DNA from: an uncultured Candidatus Rokubacteria bacterium
GTDB lineage: Bacteria > Methylomirabilota > Methylomirabilia > Rokubacteriales > DASRDR01
NCBI GenBank assembly: GCA_963826115.1
Contig: CAWGVS010000005.1
Coordinates: 256,001 to 320,000 of the forward strand
DNA: 64,000 nucleotides
Direction of reading: 5' to 3'
Shown: one piece after another, positions 20,921 to 29,638 of the stretch
How the letters are laid out: each line of letters opens with the position of its first letter
Numbering within the stretch: the first letter of the stretch is position 1
Program-made: the position numbers and the translations under genes
The notes under the pieces: model-generated
What the model was told of the DNA's origin: nothing
Seen by the model: only the letters and a program-made list of their open reading frames with translations
Databases searched by the model: none

Positions 20921-22207
20921 GTGAGCGGACGGAGCCTCCCCCGCGTGCGCTGGTGGCTGCCCTGGCTCGCCGCCCTGGTGCTCTCGGGCTGCATGTTCCA
21001 CCGGCTCGGGCGCGACCTGGATCAGGCGCGCGAGCACGCCGTGCTCCGGGGCTCGGTGCGCACGGAACACCCGAGCGACTTGCCGATCCTGGTCCTCGTC
21101 TACGCGGGCGAGGTGGGCCGGGAGCGCCTGGTCGACACCTTCGTCATGGCCGGGCCGGGCCCGTACTACTTCCTCGTGCCGGCCGGGACCTATCGCCTCG
21201 CCGCATTCGTCGACGTGAACCGCGACTTCACCTACGAGCCCGGCGTGGATCCCTCGGCGCTGCTCCGGGCCGGCGAGCCGGTGCCGGCGCTCGGCTCGAC
21301 CACGCGTGACGGCCTCGACATCGAGATCCGCGACGCCAGCCGGGAGCGCATCCCCTTCGCGTTCTGGTCCGCCGATGGCGATGGCCTCGCCGAGGGACCC
21401 GAGGCCGACATCCGCTTCGTCGGCGCGGTGACCCGCATCGACGACCCTCGTTTCACGGACGGCAACGCGCGCCGCGGTCTGTGGGAGCCGGTCGAGTTCG
21501 TCCGGCAGGTCGGCGCCGGCGTGTACTTCCTCGAGCCCTACGACCCGACGAAGATCCCCGTGCTGTTCGTCCACGGGGCGCTCGGGCAACCGGGGAACTG
21601 GGCCGCCATCGTCGCGGCCCTGGACCGCAACCGGTTCCAGCCGTGGCTCGCCTACTACCCGACGGCGGTGCGCCTCGAGGCGACCACGATGGCGCTCGAC
21701 CGCTGGATGGAGCAGCTCTACGTCCGGCACCGCTACCGCCGCCTGGCGGTCGTCGCCCACAGCATGGGCGGGCTCATCGCCCGCGCCTTCATCAGTCGCG
21801 TCCTCGCGGCGGGCGACGGCCGCGCCGAGGGGCTGCGTCTCTTCGTGAGCGTGTCGACGCCGTGGGACGGGAGCTCGCTCGCGCAGAGGGCCGTCGAGCA
21901 GTCGCCCGTCGTCGCCCCCTCCTGGTACGACGTGGCGCCCGGGAGCCCGTTCCTCCGCACCCTGCTCGAGCCGGAGCTGCCGGCGACGCTTCCCCTCGAC
22001 GTCCTCTACAGCTACGGGGGGAGTTCGCCCTTCATGTACAGCGAGCCGAACGACGGCTCGGTCATGGTTGCGAGCCAGCTCCTCCCCCGAGCCCTGTCGC
22101 GCGCCCGCACGGTGCACGGCTTCAAGGAGTCGCACACCTCCATCCTGCGCAACCCTGAGGTGGCGGCGCTCCTGAACGCGCAGCTGGCGACGATCGCGGG
22201 GGAGTAA
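20921..22207 (+). CDS. Alpha/beta-hydrolase lipoprotein, paralog 2
   Basis: LSGC lipobox, AHSMGG, collinear with 18336-19610. Confidence 0.85.
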   Translation: MSGRSLPRVRWWLPWLAALVLSGCMFHRLGRDLDQAREHAVLRGSVRTEHPSDLPILVLVYAGEVGRERLVDTFVMAGPGPYYFLVPAGTYRLAAFVDVNRDFTYEPGVDPSALLRAGEPVPALGSTTRDGLDIEIRDASRERIPFAFWSADGDGLAEGPEADIRFVGAVTRIDDPRFTDGNARRGLWEPVEFVRQVGAGVYFLEPYDPTKIPVLFVHGALGQPGNWAAIVAALDRNRFQPWLAYYPTAVRLEATTMALDRWMEQLYVRHRYRRLAVVAHSMGGLIARAFISRVLAAGDGRAEGLRLFVSVSTPWDGSSLAQRAVEQSPVVAPSWYDVAPGSPFLRTLLEPELPATLPLDVLYSYGGSSPFMYSEPNDGSVMVASQLLPRALSRARTVHGFKESHTSILRNPEVAALLNAQLATIAGE

Positions 22208-22347
22208 CCTGCGCGAGCGCGGGGGCCCGCGGCCACACGCGCGCGGGGCGCCCGGTCGGCCTCGGACGCCCCGTCAACGCTTGACTCGGACCGGCCCCGG
22301 GGCGGATTCTCGTGACGGAGCCAGCACGGGCGAGGCGCGCGACGCAG

Positions 22348-23460
22348 ATGCCGAAGCTCACCACCGACCAGGTCAACTACCTGAACGTCGGCCTCATGCT
22401 CCTGGCCGCGGGGCTGGCCTTCTGGCGGCCGTTCGAGCTGTTCCTGCTCGTGTACGCGGTGCTCGGGCCGGCGCACTACCTCACGGAGATCTCCTGGCTG
22501 CACGACCGGAAGTACTTCACCACCCGGCCATACGATCCCGCGGTCCTGGTCGCGATCAGCGTCCTGGTGACGCTCTGCGTGTTCGACCTGGTCCCGGGCG
22601 TGCCGGCGGCGGCGGTGACGTGGCTCACGCTCTTCGGGTTCGCCGCCGCCCTCGTGTTCGCGCTCGTGCCGGGCGCCCCGGGCCGCGCGATCGGGATCGC
22701 CGGAGCGGCCGTGGTCGCCACGGTGCTGGCGGAGGCTCCCGCCGCCGAGTCGGTCTTCCGCCTCTTCCTTCCCACGCTGATCCACGTCTCGCTGTTCACG
22801 GGGGCGTTCATCCTGATCGGGGCGCTGCGCGGCCGGAGCGTGTCGGGGCTCTTGTCCCTGCTGGTCTTCGTCCTGGTGCCGGTCGCCTTCCTCTACGTGC
22901 TTCCCGGACGCGAGCAGTACGGCGTCTCGGGCTACGTGCGGTCGGCCTACGGGTACCTCCGGGACGACGGGACGTTCTCCGACGGATTCATCGGGCTGAA
23001 CCACCAGCTCCTGACGATCTTCAACCTGCACGACTTCGGGCGACCGGCAGGGGACATCGCGGGATTCGTGCGCGGCGTGAACGCGTACCTGTACGGGAAC
23101 CCCCTGGCGCTGGCGGTGATGGCCTTCATCGCATTCGCCTACACGTACCACTACCTGAATTGGTTCTCGAAGACGTCCATCATCCAGTGGCACCGGATCC
23201 CGCGGGCGCGCTCGGCCGCGGTGGCGCTCGTGTGGCTCGCCTCGGTGGCGCTGTTCGCCGTCGACTACCGGCTGGGTCTCCAGTGGCTGTTCTTCCTGAG
23301 CTTCACGCACGTGGCGCTCGAGTTCCCCCTGAACCACCTGACCTTCGTCGGTATCGGCCGCGAGATCGCGGGGCTCCTGGGGGGCGGGGCGCCACGCGCT
23401 GCCGCCGCGATGCCGGCGCGGCCAGCGGGGTCCGACGGACGTCCGCGGCGCCCCTCCTAG
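22348..23460 (+). CDS. Polytopic membrane protein with several intramembrane His motifs
   Basis: About 9-10 hydrophobic segments. GPAHYLTE, TLIHV, YHYLNW, THVALEFPLNH. Confidence 0.75.
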   Translation: MPKLTTDQVNYLNVGLMLLAAGLAFWRPFELFLLVYAVLGPAHYLTEISWLHDRKYFTTRPYDPAVLVAISVLVTLCVFDLVPGVPAAAVTWLTLFGFAAALVFALVPGAPGRAIGIAGAAVVATVLAEAPAAESVFRLFLPTLIHVSLFTGAFILIGALRGRSVSGLLSLLVFVLVPVAFLYVLPGREQYGVSGYVRSAYGYLRDDGTFSDGFIGLNHQLLTIFNLHDFGRPAGDIAGFVRGVNAYLYGNPLALAVMAFIAFAYTYHYLNWFSKTSIIQWHRIPRARSAAVALVWLASVALFAVDYRLGLQWLFFLSFTHVALEFPLNHLTFVGIGREIAGLLGGGAPRAAAAMPARPAGSDGRPRRPS

Positions 23461-23490
23461 CGTCGCTGGGGAGTCCGCTCGCTGCCTCGC

Positions 23491-23688
23491 ATGCGCGAAG
23501 CCGACGCCGGGGCGGACGTGGCGGTCGCAGCTCTTCGGGCGCGCCTGGCCGTGATGGTGGGCGGGTCGCTGGTGCGTGGCACCTACCGGTACACGCGGGT
23601 GTGGGCGCGGGAGGGCGGCGGAGCGTGGCGCGACGTCGGCGGGCACGTGAGCGCGGTTCCCGAGGGCGAGGGCACGACGTCGGTTTGA
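23491..23688 (+). pseudogene. C-terminal fragment of a DUF4440/NTF2-like gene
   Basis: Only the last strands are present (GTYRYTRVWAREGGGAWRDVGGHVS). Confidence 0.45.
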
Positions 23689-23713
23689 CACCCAAGGCGG
23701 TGCGCCGCATAGT
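23685..23713 (+). promoter_or_regulatory. Sigma70-type promoter of the ATPase-VWA operon
   Basis: TTGACA-N17-CATAGT ending 12 nt before the ATG at 23726. Confidence 0.6.
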
Positions 23714-23725
23714 GGGACCGCGGGC

Positions 23726-25120
23726 ATGACGAAGCCGAGCACCGTCGGCGAGCTGCGGCAGACAGGCTACATGCCGCGCTCCGTCAAGACCGAGATCCGC
23801 CAGAACCTCATCCGGAAGCTCGAGCGCGGCGAGCGCGTCTTCCCCGGCATCGTCGGCTTCGACGAGACTGTCCTGCCGCAGGTCGAGAACGCGCTCCTGT
23901 CCGGCCAGGACCTGATCCTCCTTGGCGAGCGCGGGCAGGCCAAGAGCCGACTGGCCCGCGCGCTGGTAGCCCTCCTCGACGAGTCCGTCCCCGCCCTCGC
24001 CGGCAGCGAGGTCAACGACGACCCGCTCCAGCCCATCAGCAAGGCCGGGCGCGCGCTCGTCGCGGAGCTCGGGGACCGGGCGCCCATCGAGTGGCTGCCG
24101 CGGGACCGGCGCTACGGGGAGAAGCTCGCCACGCCCGACATCACGATCGCCGACCTGATCGGCGAGGTGGACCCCATCAAGGTCGCCGAGGGGCGCTACC
24201 TCGCGGACGAGCTCACGATCCACTACGGGCTGGTCCCGCGGACGCACCGGGGCATCTTCGTTCTGAACGAGCTGCCCGATCTCGCGGAGCGGATCCAGGT
24301 GGGCCTCCTCAACATCATGGAGGAGCGGGACGTCCAGATCCGCGGCTACCTGGTGCGGCTCCCGCTCGACCTCCTGGTCGTCGCCTCGGCGAATCCGGAG
24401 GACTACACGAACCGCGGGCGCATCATCACGCCGCTCAAGGACCGCTTCGGATCCCAGGTCCGGACCCACTACCCGCGGACGCTCGCCCACGAGATCAGCA
24501 TCGTCGAGCAGGAGGCCATGCGCTTCGCCTCCGACGGCTACAAGGTCGAGGTGCCGCCCTACATGCAGGAGATCGTCGCCGAGCTGACGCACCTGGCCCG
24601 GCGGAGTCCGGAGGTCAGCCAGCGGAGCGGCGTGAGCGTGCGCGTGTCGATCACCAACTACGAGAACCTCGTCTCGAACGCGCTCCGGCGGGCCGTGCGC
24701 CTCCGGGAGCCGCTGGCGGTGCCCCGCGTCTCGGACCTCAGCGCCACGCTCGCCTCGACGGCCGGGAAGATCGAGCTCGAGACCGCCGGCGACGGCGACG
24801 AGACCAAGGTGGTCGAGCGGCTCGCCCAGAAGGCCGTCCTGTCGGTCTTCAACCGGCACTTCCAGGCTGCCCAGTTCGGCGATCTGCTGGAGGCCTTCGG
24901 CCGCGGGATGACGTGGGACGTGGGCGAGGTCATGCCGGCCGCCGACTACGAGCGGCAGGCGTCGCGCGCCGCGGGATTCGGCGCCGCGATGTCGCGCCTG
25001 GAGGCCTCGGGGCACCCGGCCCGCGTCGCTGCCGCCGTGGAGTTCGTGCTCGAGGGGCTCCACCTGAACCGGAAGCTCAACAAGGACCGGGGCACCGGCG
25101 GACCGCGGTACAAGGCGTGA
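23726..25120 (+). CDS. MoxR/magnesium-chelatase-like AAA+ ATPase
   Basis: GERGQAKS Walker A, FVLNELPDL Walker B variant, ANPEDYTNRGRIITPLKDRF. Confidence 0.9.
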   Translation: MTKPSTVGELRQTGYMPRSVKTEIRQNLIRKLERGERVFPGIVGFDETVLPQVENALLSGQDLILLGERGQAKSRLARALVALLDESVPALAGSEVNDDPLQPISKAGRALVAELGDRAPIEWLPRDRRYGEKLATPDITIADLIGEVDPIKVAEGRYLADELTIHYGLVPRTHRGIFVLNELPDLAERIQVGLLNIMEERDVQIRGYLVRLPLDLLVVASANPEDYTNRGRIITPLKDRFGSQVRTHYPRTLAHEISIVEQEAMRFASDGYKVEVPPYMQEIVAELTHLARRSPEVSQRSGVSVRVSITNYENLVSNALRRAVRLREPLAVPRVSDLSATLASTAGKIELETAGDGDETKVVERLAQKAVLSVFNRHFQAAQFGDLLEAFGRGMTWDVGEVMPAADYERQASRAAGFGAAMSRLEASGHPARVAAAVEFVLEGLHLNRKLNKDRGTGGPRYKA

Positions 25121-27120
25121 GGAGCCGGTACTCCCGCTGGGACGGCTCCCAGTCGCTTCCCGACTTCGACGCCGACGACCTCCTGGCGGCGATGGCGGAC
25201 GACCTGGTCGCCGACGGGGACTTTCGCCGCGCCCTCGAACGGCTCCTCCGTCAGGGCTTCCGCACGCGGGACGGCGAGCAGGTTCCGGGCCTGAAGGACC
25301 TCCTCGAGCGCCTCCGCCGCCAGCGCCAGTCACTGCTCGACCGCCACGACCTGGGCGACGTTCTCGGCGAACTCCGGAAACAGCTGCAGGACGTGCTCGA
25401 TACCGAGCGGCAAGGTATCGATCGCCGCGTCGAGCGCGCGCGGCAGGGTGCCAAGGACGGCCAGCCCGAGGCCGAGGCCCACCGCCAGGAGCTCGAGCGG
25501 ATCGCCGGCGAGCGCCGCGCGGCGCTGGACGCCTTGCCGGAGGATTTGGGCGGCGCGGTCCGGGGGCTCCAGGACTACCAGTTCGTCGACCCCGAGGCCT
25601 GGCAGAAGTTCCAGGAGTTGATGCTCCGGCTCCGCCAGGAGATGACGCAGAGCCTGTTCGGCCAGCTGAAGCAGGGCATGGAAGGGTTCGGCTCCCAGGG
25701 GAGCGAGGGGCTCCGCCAGATGCTGAGCGATCTCAACCGGATGCTCCGCCAGCAGGCGGCGGGCGGCCAGCCCGACGTCCAGGGGTTCATGAATCGCTGG
25801 GGGCAGATGTTCCCGGGCGTTGAGAGCCTCGACCAGCTGCTCGAGCAGATCGCGCGACAGTCGGCGCAGATGCAGTCCTTGCTGGAGAGCCTGACCCCCG
25901 AGCAGCGGCGGGAGCTCGAGGCCCTACAGCAGGAGATCCTCGGCGACCCCGGCATGCAGGAGGCGCTCGCGGAGCTGGGCGAGCATCTCGATCGCCTGGG
26001 GCTCGGCCAGCGCACGCGGCGGTACCGCGCGCAGGGCGAGACGCCGCTCTCCCTCCAGGAGGCTCTCCGGCTGATGGGAGAGCTCCATGGGCTCGACCGG
26101 CTGGAAGAGGACCTACGGGACGCGGAGCGCACGGGCCGCGCGGACCGCGTCGATCCCGCCGCGGTGCGGGAGGCGCTCGGCGAGCAGGCGGCCCAGGAGG
26201 CGGAGGCGCTCCGGCGCCTCGCCGAGAAGCTCAAGGACGCCGGCTATCTCGAGCAGCGAGGGCGCCAGTGGGCGCTCACCCCGCAGGCGATCCGCAAGAT
26301 CGCGCAGCGCGCGCTCGCCGAGGTGCTCGGCCAGCTCCGGCGCGACCGTCCCGGGCGCCATCGCGTCGACGCTCGCGGGGCCGGCGGCGACCCGACGGAC
26401 GAGAGCAAGGCGTACGAGTTCGGGGATCCCTTCCTTCTGGACCTCCGCGAGACGCTGGGCGCGGCCGTGCGGCGCCAGGGGCCGGGGGTCCCGGTCCGCC
26501 TGGAGCCGGGCGACTTCGCCGTCCGGCGCACGGAGCTCTCCACGCGGTGCGCGACCGCGCTCCTCCTCGACATGAGTCGCTCGATGATCTACCGCGGCTG
26601 CTGGACCTCGGCGAAGAAGGTGGCGCTCGCCCTCCACGCTCTCATCCGGGCCCAGTACCCGCAGGACGCGCTCTACGTGATCGGGTTCTCCCTCTACGCC
26701 CGGGAGATCGACGCGGACGAGCTGCCCTCGGTGGTCCTCACCGACCGCCACTACGGGACGAACATGCAGCACGCCCTCCAGCTGGCGCGGCGGCTCCTCG
26801 GCCGCCACCGCGGCGGGAACCGCCAGGTGGTGATGATCACCGACGGCGAGCCGACCGCCCACCTCGAGGGCAGCGAGGCGTACTTCGACTATCCGACCAC
26901 GCGGCGGACGTGGCAGCTCACGCAGGCCGAGGTGCTGCGCTGCGCCCGCGAGGGCGTCACCATCAACACGTTCATGCTCGAGGACAGCCCGGGGCTGGTC
27001 CGCTTCGTCAGCGAGATGTCGCGGATCAACCGGGGGCGCGCGTTCTTCGTCCAGCCGGACCGGCTGGGCGAGTACGTCCTCGTGGACTACCTCGCCCGGA
27101 AGCAGAAACGCGTCGGGTGA
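25117..27120 (+). CDS. VWA-domain partner of the ATPase
   Basis: GTGA overlap. RYSRWDGSQ N-terminus, MIDAS DMSRSM, GTNMQHAL, ITDGEPT. Confidence 0.9.
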   Translation: MRSRYSRWDGSQSLPDFDADDLLAAMADDLVADGDFRRALERLLRQGFRTRDGEQVPGLKDLLERLRRQRQSLLDRHDLGDVLGELRKQLQDVLDTERQGIDRRVERARQGAKDGQPEAEAHRQELERIAGERRAALDALPEDLGGAVRGLQDYQFVDPEAWQKFQELMLRLRQEMTQSLFGQLKQGMEGFGSQGSEGLRQMLSDLNRMLRQQAAGGQPDVQGFMNRWGQMFPGVESLDQLLEQIARQSAQMQSLLESLTPEQRRELEALQQEILGDPGMQEALAELGEHLDRLGLGQRTRRYRAQGETPLSLQEALRLMGELHGLDRLEEDLRDAERTGRADRVDPAAVREALGEQAAQEAEALRRLAEKLKDAGYLEQRGRQWALTPQAIRKIAQRALAEVLGQLRRDRPGRHRVDARGAGGDPTDESKAYEFGDPFLLDLRETLGAAVRRQGPGVPVRLEPGDFAVRRTELSTRCATALLLDMSRSMIYRGCWTSAKKVALALHALIRAQYPQDALYVIGFSLYAREIDADELPSVVLTDRHYGTNMQHALQLARRLLGRHRGGNRQVVMITDGEPTAHLEGSEAYFDYPTTRRTWQLTQAEVLRCAREGVTINTFMLEDSPGLVRFVSEMSRINRGRAFFVQPDRLGEYVLVDYLARKQKRVG

Positions 27121-28322
27121 CGGGCGCGCCCGGCCTCCAGGCCCTCCTCGACGAGGGGGCCGCGACGGGGGTCTTCCCGTGCGCCACGGCCGTGGTGCTC
27201 CACCGGGGCCGCCGGGTCTTCGAGGGGGCGGCGGGCGGCGCGACGCTCGACACGGTCTTCGACCTCGCGTCGCTGACGAAGATCATGGCCACGACCGGCG
27301 CGTTCCTGGCGCTGTGGCGCGATCGTGCCCTTCTTCCCGAAACTCCCGTCGCGCGCGTCCTCCCGGAGGCGGTGGTCGGCCGCGCCGGCGCCACGGTGGC
27401 CGATCTCCTCGCCCATCGCGCAGGAGTGCCGGCGTTCCTGCCGCTGTTCGCGCCGATCGTGCGCGCGACGCCCGCGCTGCTCGAGCCTGATTGCCCGGCG
27501 CGGGTCCGCGCCGCCGCGCGGGCCGAGGTGGTGGCGCGAGCGCTCGCCGTCGCCGCGACGGTCGCGCCCGGAACGCGCTACGAGTACAGCGACCTGGGCT
27601 TCATCCTGCTCGGCGAGATCCTGGAGCGGATCGCGCAGCGCCCCCTGGAGGCCCTCGTCACCGAGCGCGTGGCGAGACCGCTCGGCGTCGGCGCGCGCTT
27701 CCACCGCATCTCCGCCCGGAACACGTGGGCGCCCTCGGCCGACGGGGGAGCTGAGCCTCGCCGAGGACTCGCCGTCGCGCCGACCGGACGAACGCGTCCT
27801 CGGGAGCCGGCGCCGGGGCAGGAGGGGCTCTGGGAGCTCTTTGCGCCGCATCCATCGCCGCCGGGCGAGGTCGACGACGATAACGCCTGGGTCATGGACG
27901 GCGTTGCGGGCCACGCTGGCCTGTTCGGCACGGCGGCCGACGCCGCGGCGTTCGGCCAGGTCGTCCTGGACGACCACGCGGGCGCCGGGCGCCTGGCCGC
28001 GGTCGACCAGTGGGCGGCGGCGCTCCGCCGCGACACGGCGACCCCTGGCAGCCCGTGCGGTCTCGGCTTCCAGACCCGCCTTCCGGGCGACCCGGTCGGC
28101 GAGAGCTCGGCGGGGCGGCTCGTGGGCACGGTGCCGCCGGGGGCGGTCGGCCACGTCGGGTTCACCGGGACGAGCCTCTGGGTCGATCTTGGACGGAGCC
28201 TGGTGGTGGCGCTCTGCACGAACCGGGTCGCGGGGTCGCGCGGCCGCGCCGAGGTCAGGATTCGCGACTTCCGCCCGCGATTTCACGATGCCGCGGTGGC
28301 AGCCGTCGAGGACGCACGCTAG
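27117..28322 (+). CDS. Serine hydrolase, beta-lactamase/AmpC-like family
   Basis: FDLASLTK (SxxK), YSD, GHAGLF, GHVGFTGT. Confidence 0.9.
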   Translation: MTGAPGLQALLDEGAATGVFPCATAVVLHRGRRVFEGAAGGATLDTVFDLASLTKIMATTGAFLALWRDRALLPETPVARVLPEAVVGRAGATVADLLAHRAGVPAFLPLFAPIVRATPALLEPDCPARVRAAARAEVVARALAVAATVAPGTRYEYSDLGFILLGEILERIAQRPLEALVTERVARPLGVGARFHRISARNTWAPSADGGAEPRRGLAVAPTGRTRPREPAPGQEGLWELFAPHPSPPGEVDDDNAWVMDGVAGHAGLFGTAADAAAFGQVVLDDHAGAGRLAAVDQWAAALRRDTATPGSPCGLGFQTRLPGDPVGESSAGRLVGTVPPGAVGHVGFTGTSLWVDLGRSLVVALCTNRVAGSRGRAEVRIRDFRPRFHDAAVAAVEDAR

Positions 28323-28371
28323 CCGAGCGGCGCGCGTCGGCGTCTCCGCCGCCCTCGGCGATCGACCATCG

Positions 28372-28461
28372 TCACGGCCGCCACTCGTACTTGCGCGAGC
28401 GCAGATAGACGTCTGCGACGGCGTCGGCGAGCGTCGCCGCGCGCAGCAGGGGGCCGGCCAT
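28372..28461 (-). pseudogene. Internally deleted GNAT acetyltransferase remnant (29 codons)
   Basis: MAGPLLRAATLADAVADVYLRSRK joined directly to YEWRP*. GGAG SD present. Confidence 0.45.
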
Positions 28462-28565
28462 GGCTCCACCGATTGTGCCCTACCGGGTGAGCCGCAGCCG
28501 CGAGAGTAGAATGACCGTAGGGATTCAGCGCGGCGGTGACCGACTGCATCGAGACAGGAGGCAAC

Positions 28566-29192
28566 GTGACAGAGCCGGTGACGCTCCAGATCTTCTCCGA
28601 CTACGTCTGACCCTGGTGCTATCTCAGTACCGTGCGTATTGAGAAGCTCAGGACGGAGCACGGCGTCAAGATCGAGTGGGTGCACTTCCCGCTGCACGCG
28701 GATACGCCGGCGGAAGGCCGCGCGCTGGCGGATCTCTTCGCGGGGCGGAACGTCGATCTCCGCTCGATGCACGCGCAGATGAAGGCGCGCATGACCGCCG
28801 AGGGGCTGCCCTACGGGGAGCGCACCATGACCTACAACAGCCGGCTCGCGCAGGAGCTCGGCAAGTGGGCGGACACGCAGCCGGGTGGCGAGGCGATCCA
28901 CGACGCGATGTTTCGCGCCTACTTCGTGGACACCCGCGACATCTCGCGTCCCGAGGTGCTGCTCGAGATCGCCGAGGGCGTGGGGCTCTCGCGCGAGGCG
29001 GCCCGCGAGGTGCTGGAGCGGCGGACGTTCAAGGACGCGGTGGACGCGGACTGGGAGCTCTCGCGCCAGTACGGGATCAGCGGCGTGCCGACGTTCGTCG
29101 CGGGGCGCTTCGGCGTCGTCGGGGCCCAGCCGTACGAGACGCTGGAAGCGCTCGTGCGAAAGGCGGAGGCGAGCGGGGGCGCCGGGGGCTAG
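28566..29192 (+). CDS. DsbA/FrnE-family thiol-disulfide oxidoreductase, probable selenoprotein (UGA=Sec at codon 15)
   Basis: AGGAGG SD, then GTG: VTEPVTLQIFSDYV[TGA 28608-28610]PWCYLSTVRIEK, in frame with ORF 28632-29192. Matches the SDxxCPWCY motif. GVPTF cis-Pro motif. Confidence 0.88.
28612..28652 (+). promoter_or_regulatory. Putative bacterial SECIS hairpin
   Basis: Upper stem TCTCAGTAC/GTATTGAGA with loop CGTGC, and lower stems GCT/AGC and CCTGG/TCAGG, directly after the UGA. Confidence 0.7.
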
Positions 29193-29226
29193 CACGTGGC
29201 GCCCGCCGCGTCGGGCTTTCCGGGCG

Positions 29227-29538
29227 CTACGGCGTGAAGGTCTCCAGGATCTCGTAGTGCGCGACGGTCTTGTCGAAGTCGACCATCATCGCCTGGACCA
29301 CCTGCGGGACCACGGCGACGTCGCTCGTCTCGCCCGAGAACTGCCGGATCGCGTCCATCGTTGCCCACGTGGTGACGACTCGAAACTCGACGCCCGCCGC
29401 CACCTTGCGGTGCAGGATCGACGCCGACACGAATCCCGCCATGCGCGCGAACTTCGGGAAGATGTGGTCCTGGAGGTGACGGACGTAGTTGTCGGCCTCC
29501 GTCGCACGGGTCACGCCCCGCCAGTGCCTCGAGATCAT
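29227..29538 (-). CDS. Antibiotic biosynthesis monooxygenase (ABM) family protein
   Basis: MISRHWRG...GFVSASIL...VTTWATMDAIRQFSG...VAHYE. Confidence 0.85.
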   Translation of the reverse strand: MISRHWRGVTRATEADNYVRHLQDHIFPKFARMAGFVSASILHRKVAAGVEFRVVTTWATMDAIRQFSGETSDVAVVPQVVQAMMVDFDKTVAHYEILETFTP

Positions 29539-29638
29539 CGCCGCCCCTCTCCCGGCCGCCCGCGCGGCCGCTGACCGTCCCGGCTACGGTACCCTATCGC
29601 CGCGTTCCACAACGAGCCAAGCCGACCCCGGAGGCGCC

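Noticed and set aside
27117-28322. Antibiotic-resistance beta-lactamase
   Set aside because: It has no signal peptide and its motifs fit the broad esterase/peptidoglycan-recycling serine hydrolase group.
28608-28610. Genome-wide UGA reassignment (Trp or Gly) as the explanation for in-frame TGA
   Set aside because: Many genes here end at TGA at their expected C-termini (e.g. mpl, aroC), and Trp is encoded by TGG.
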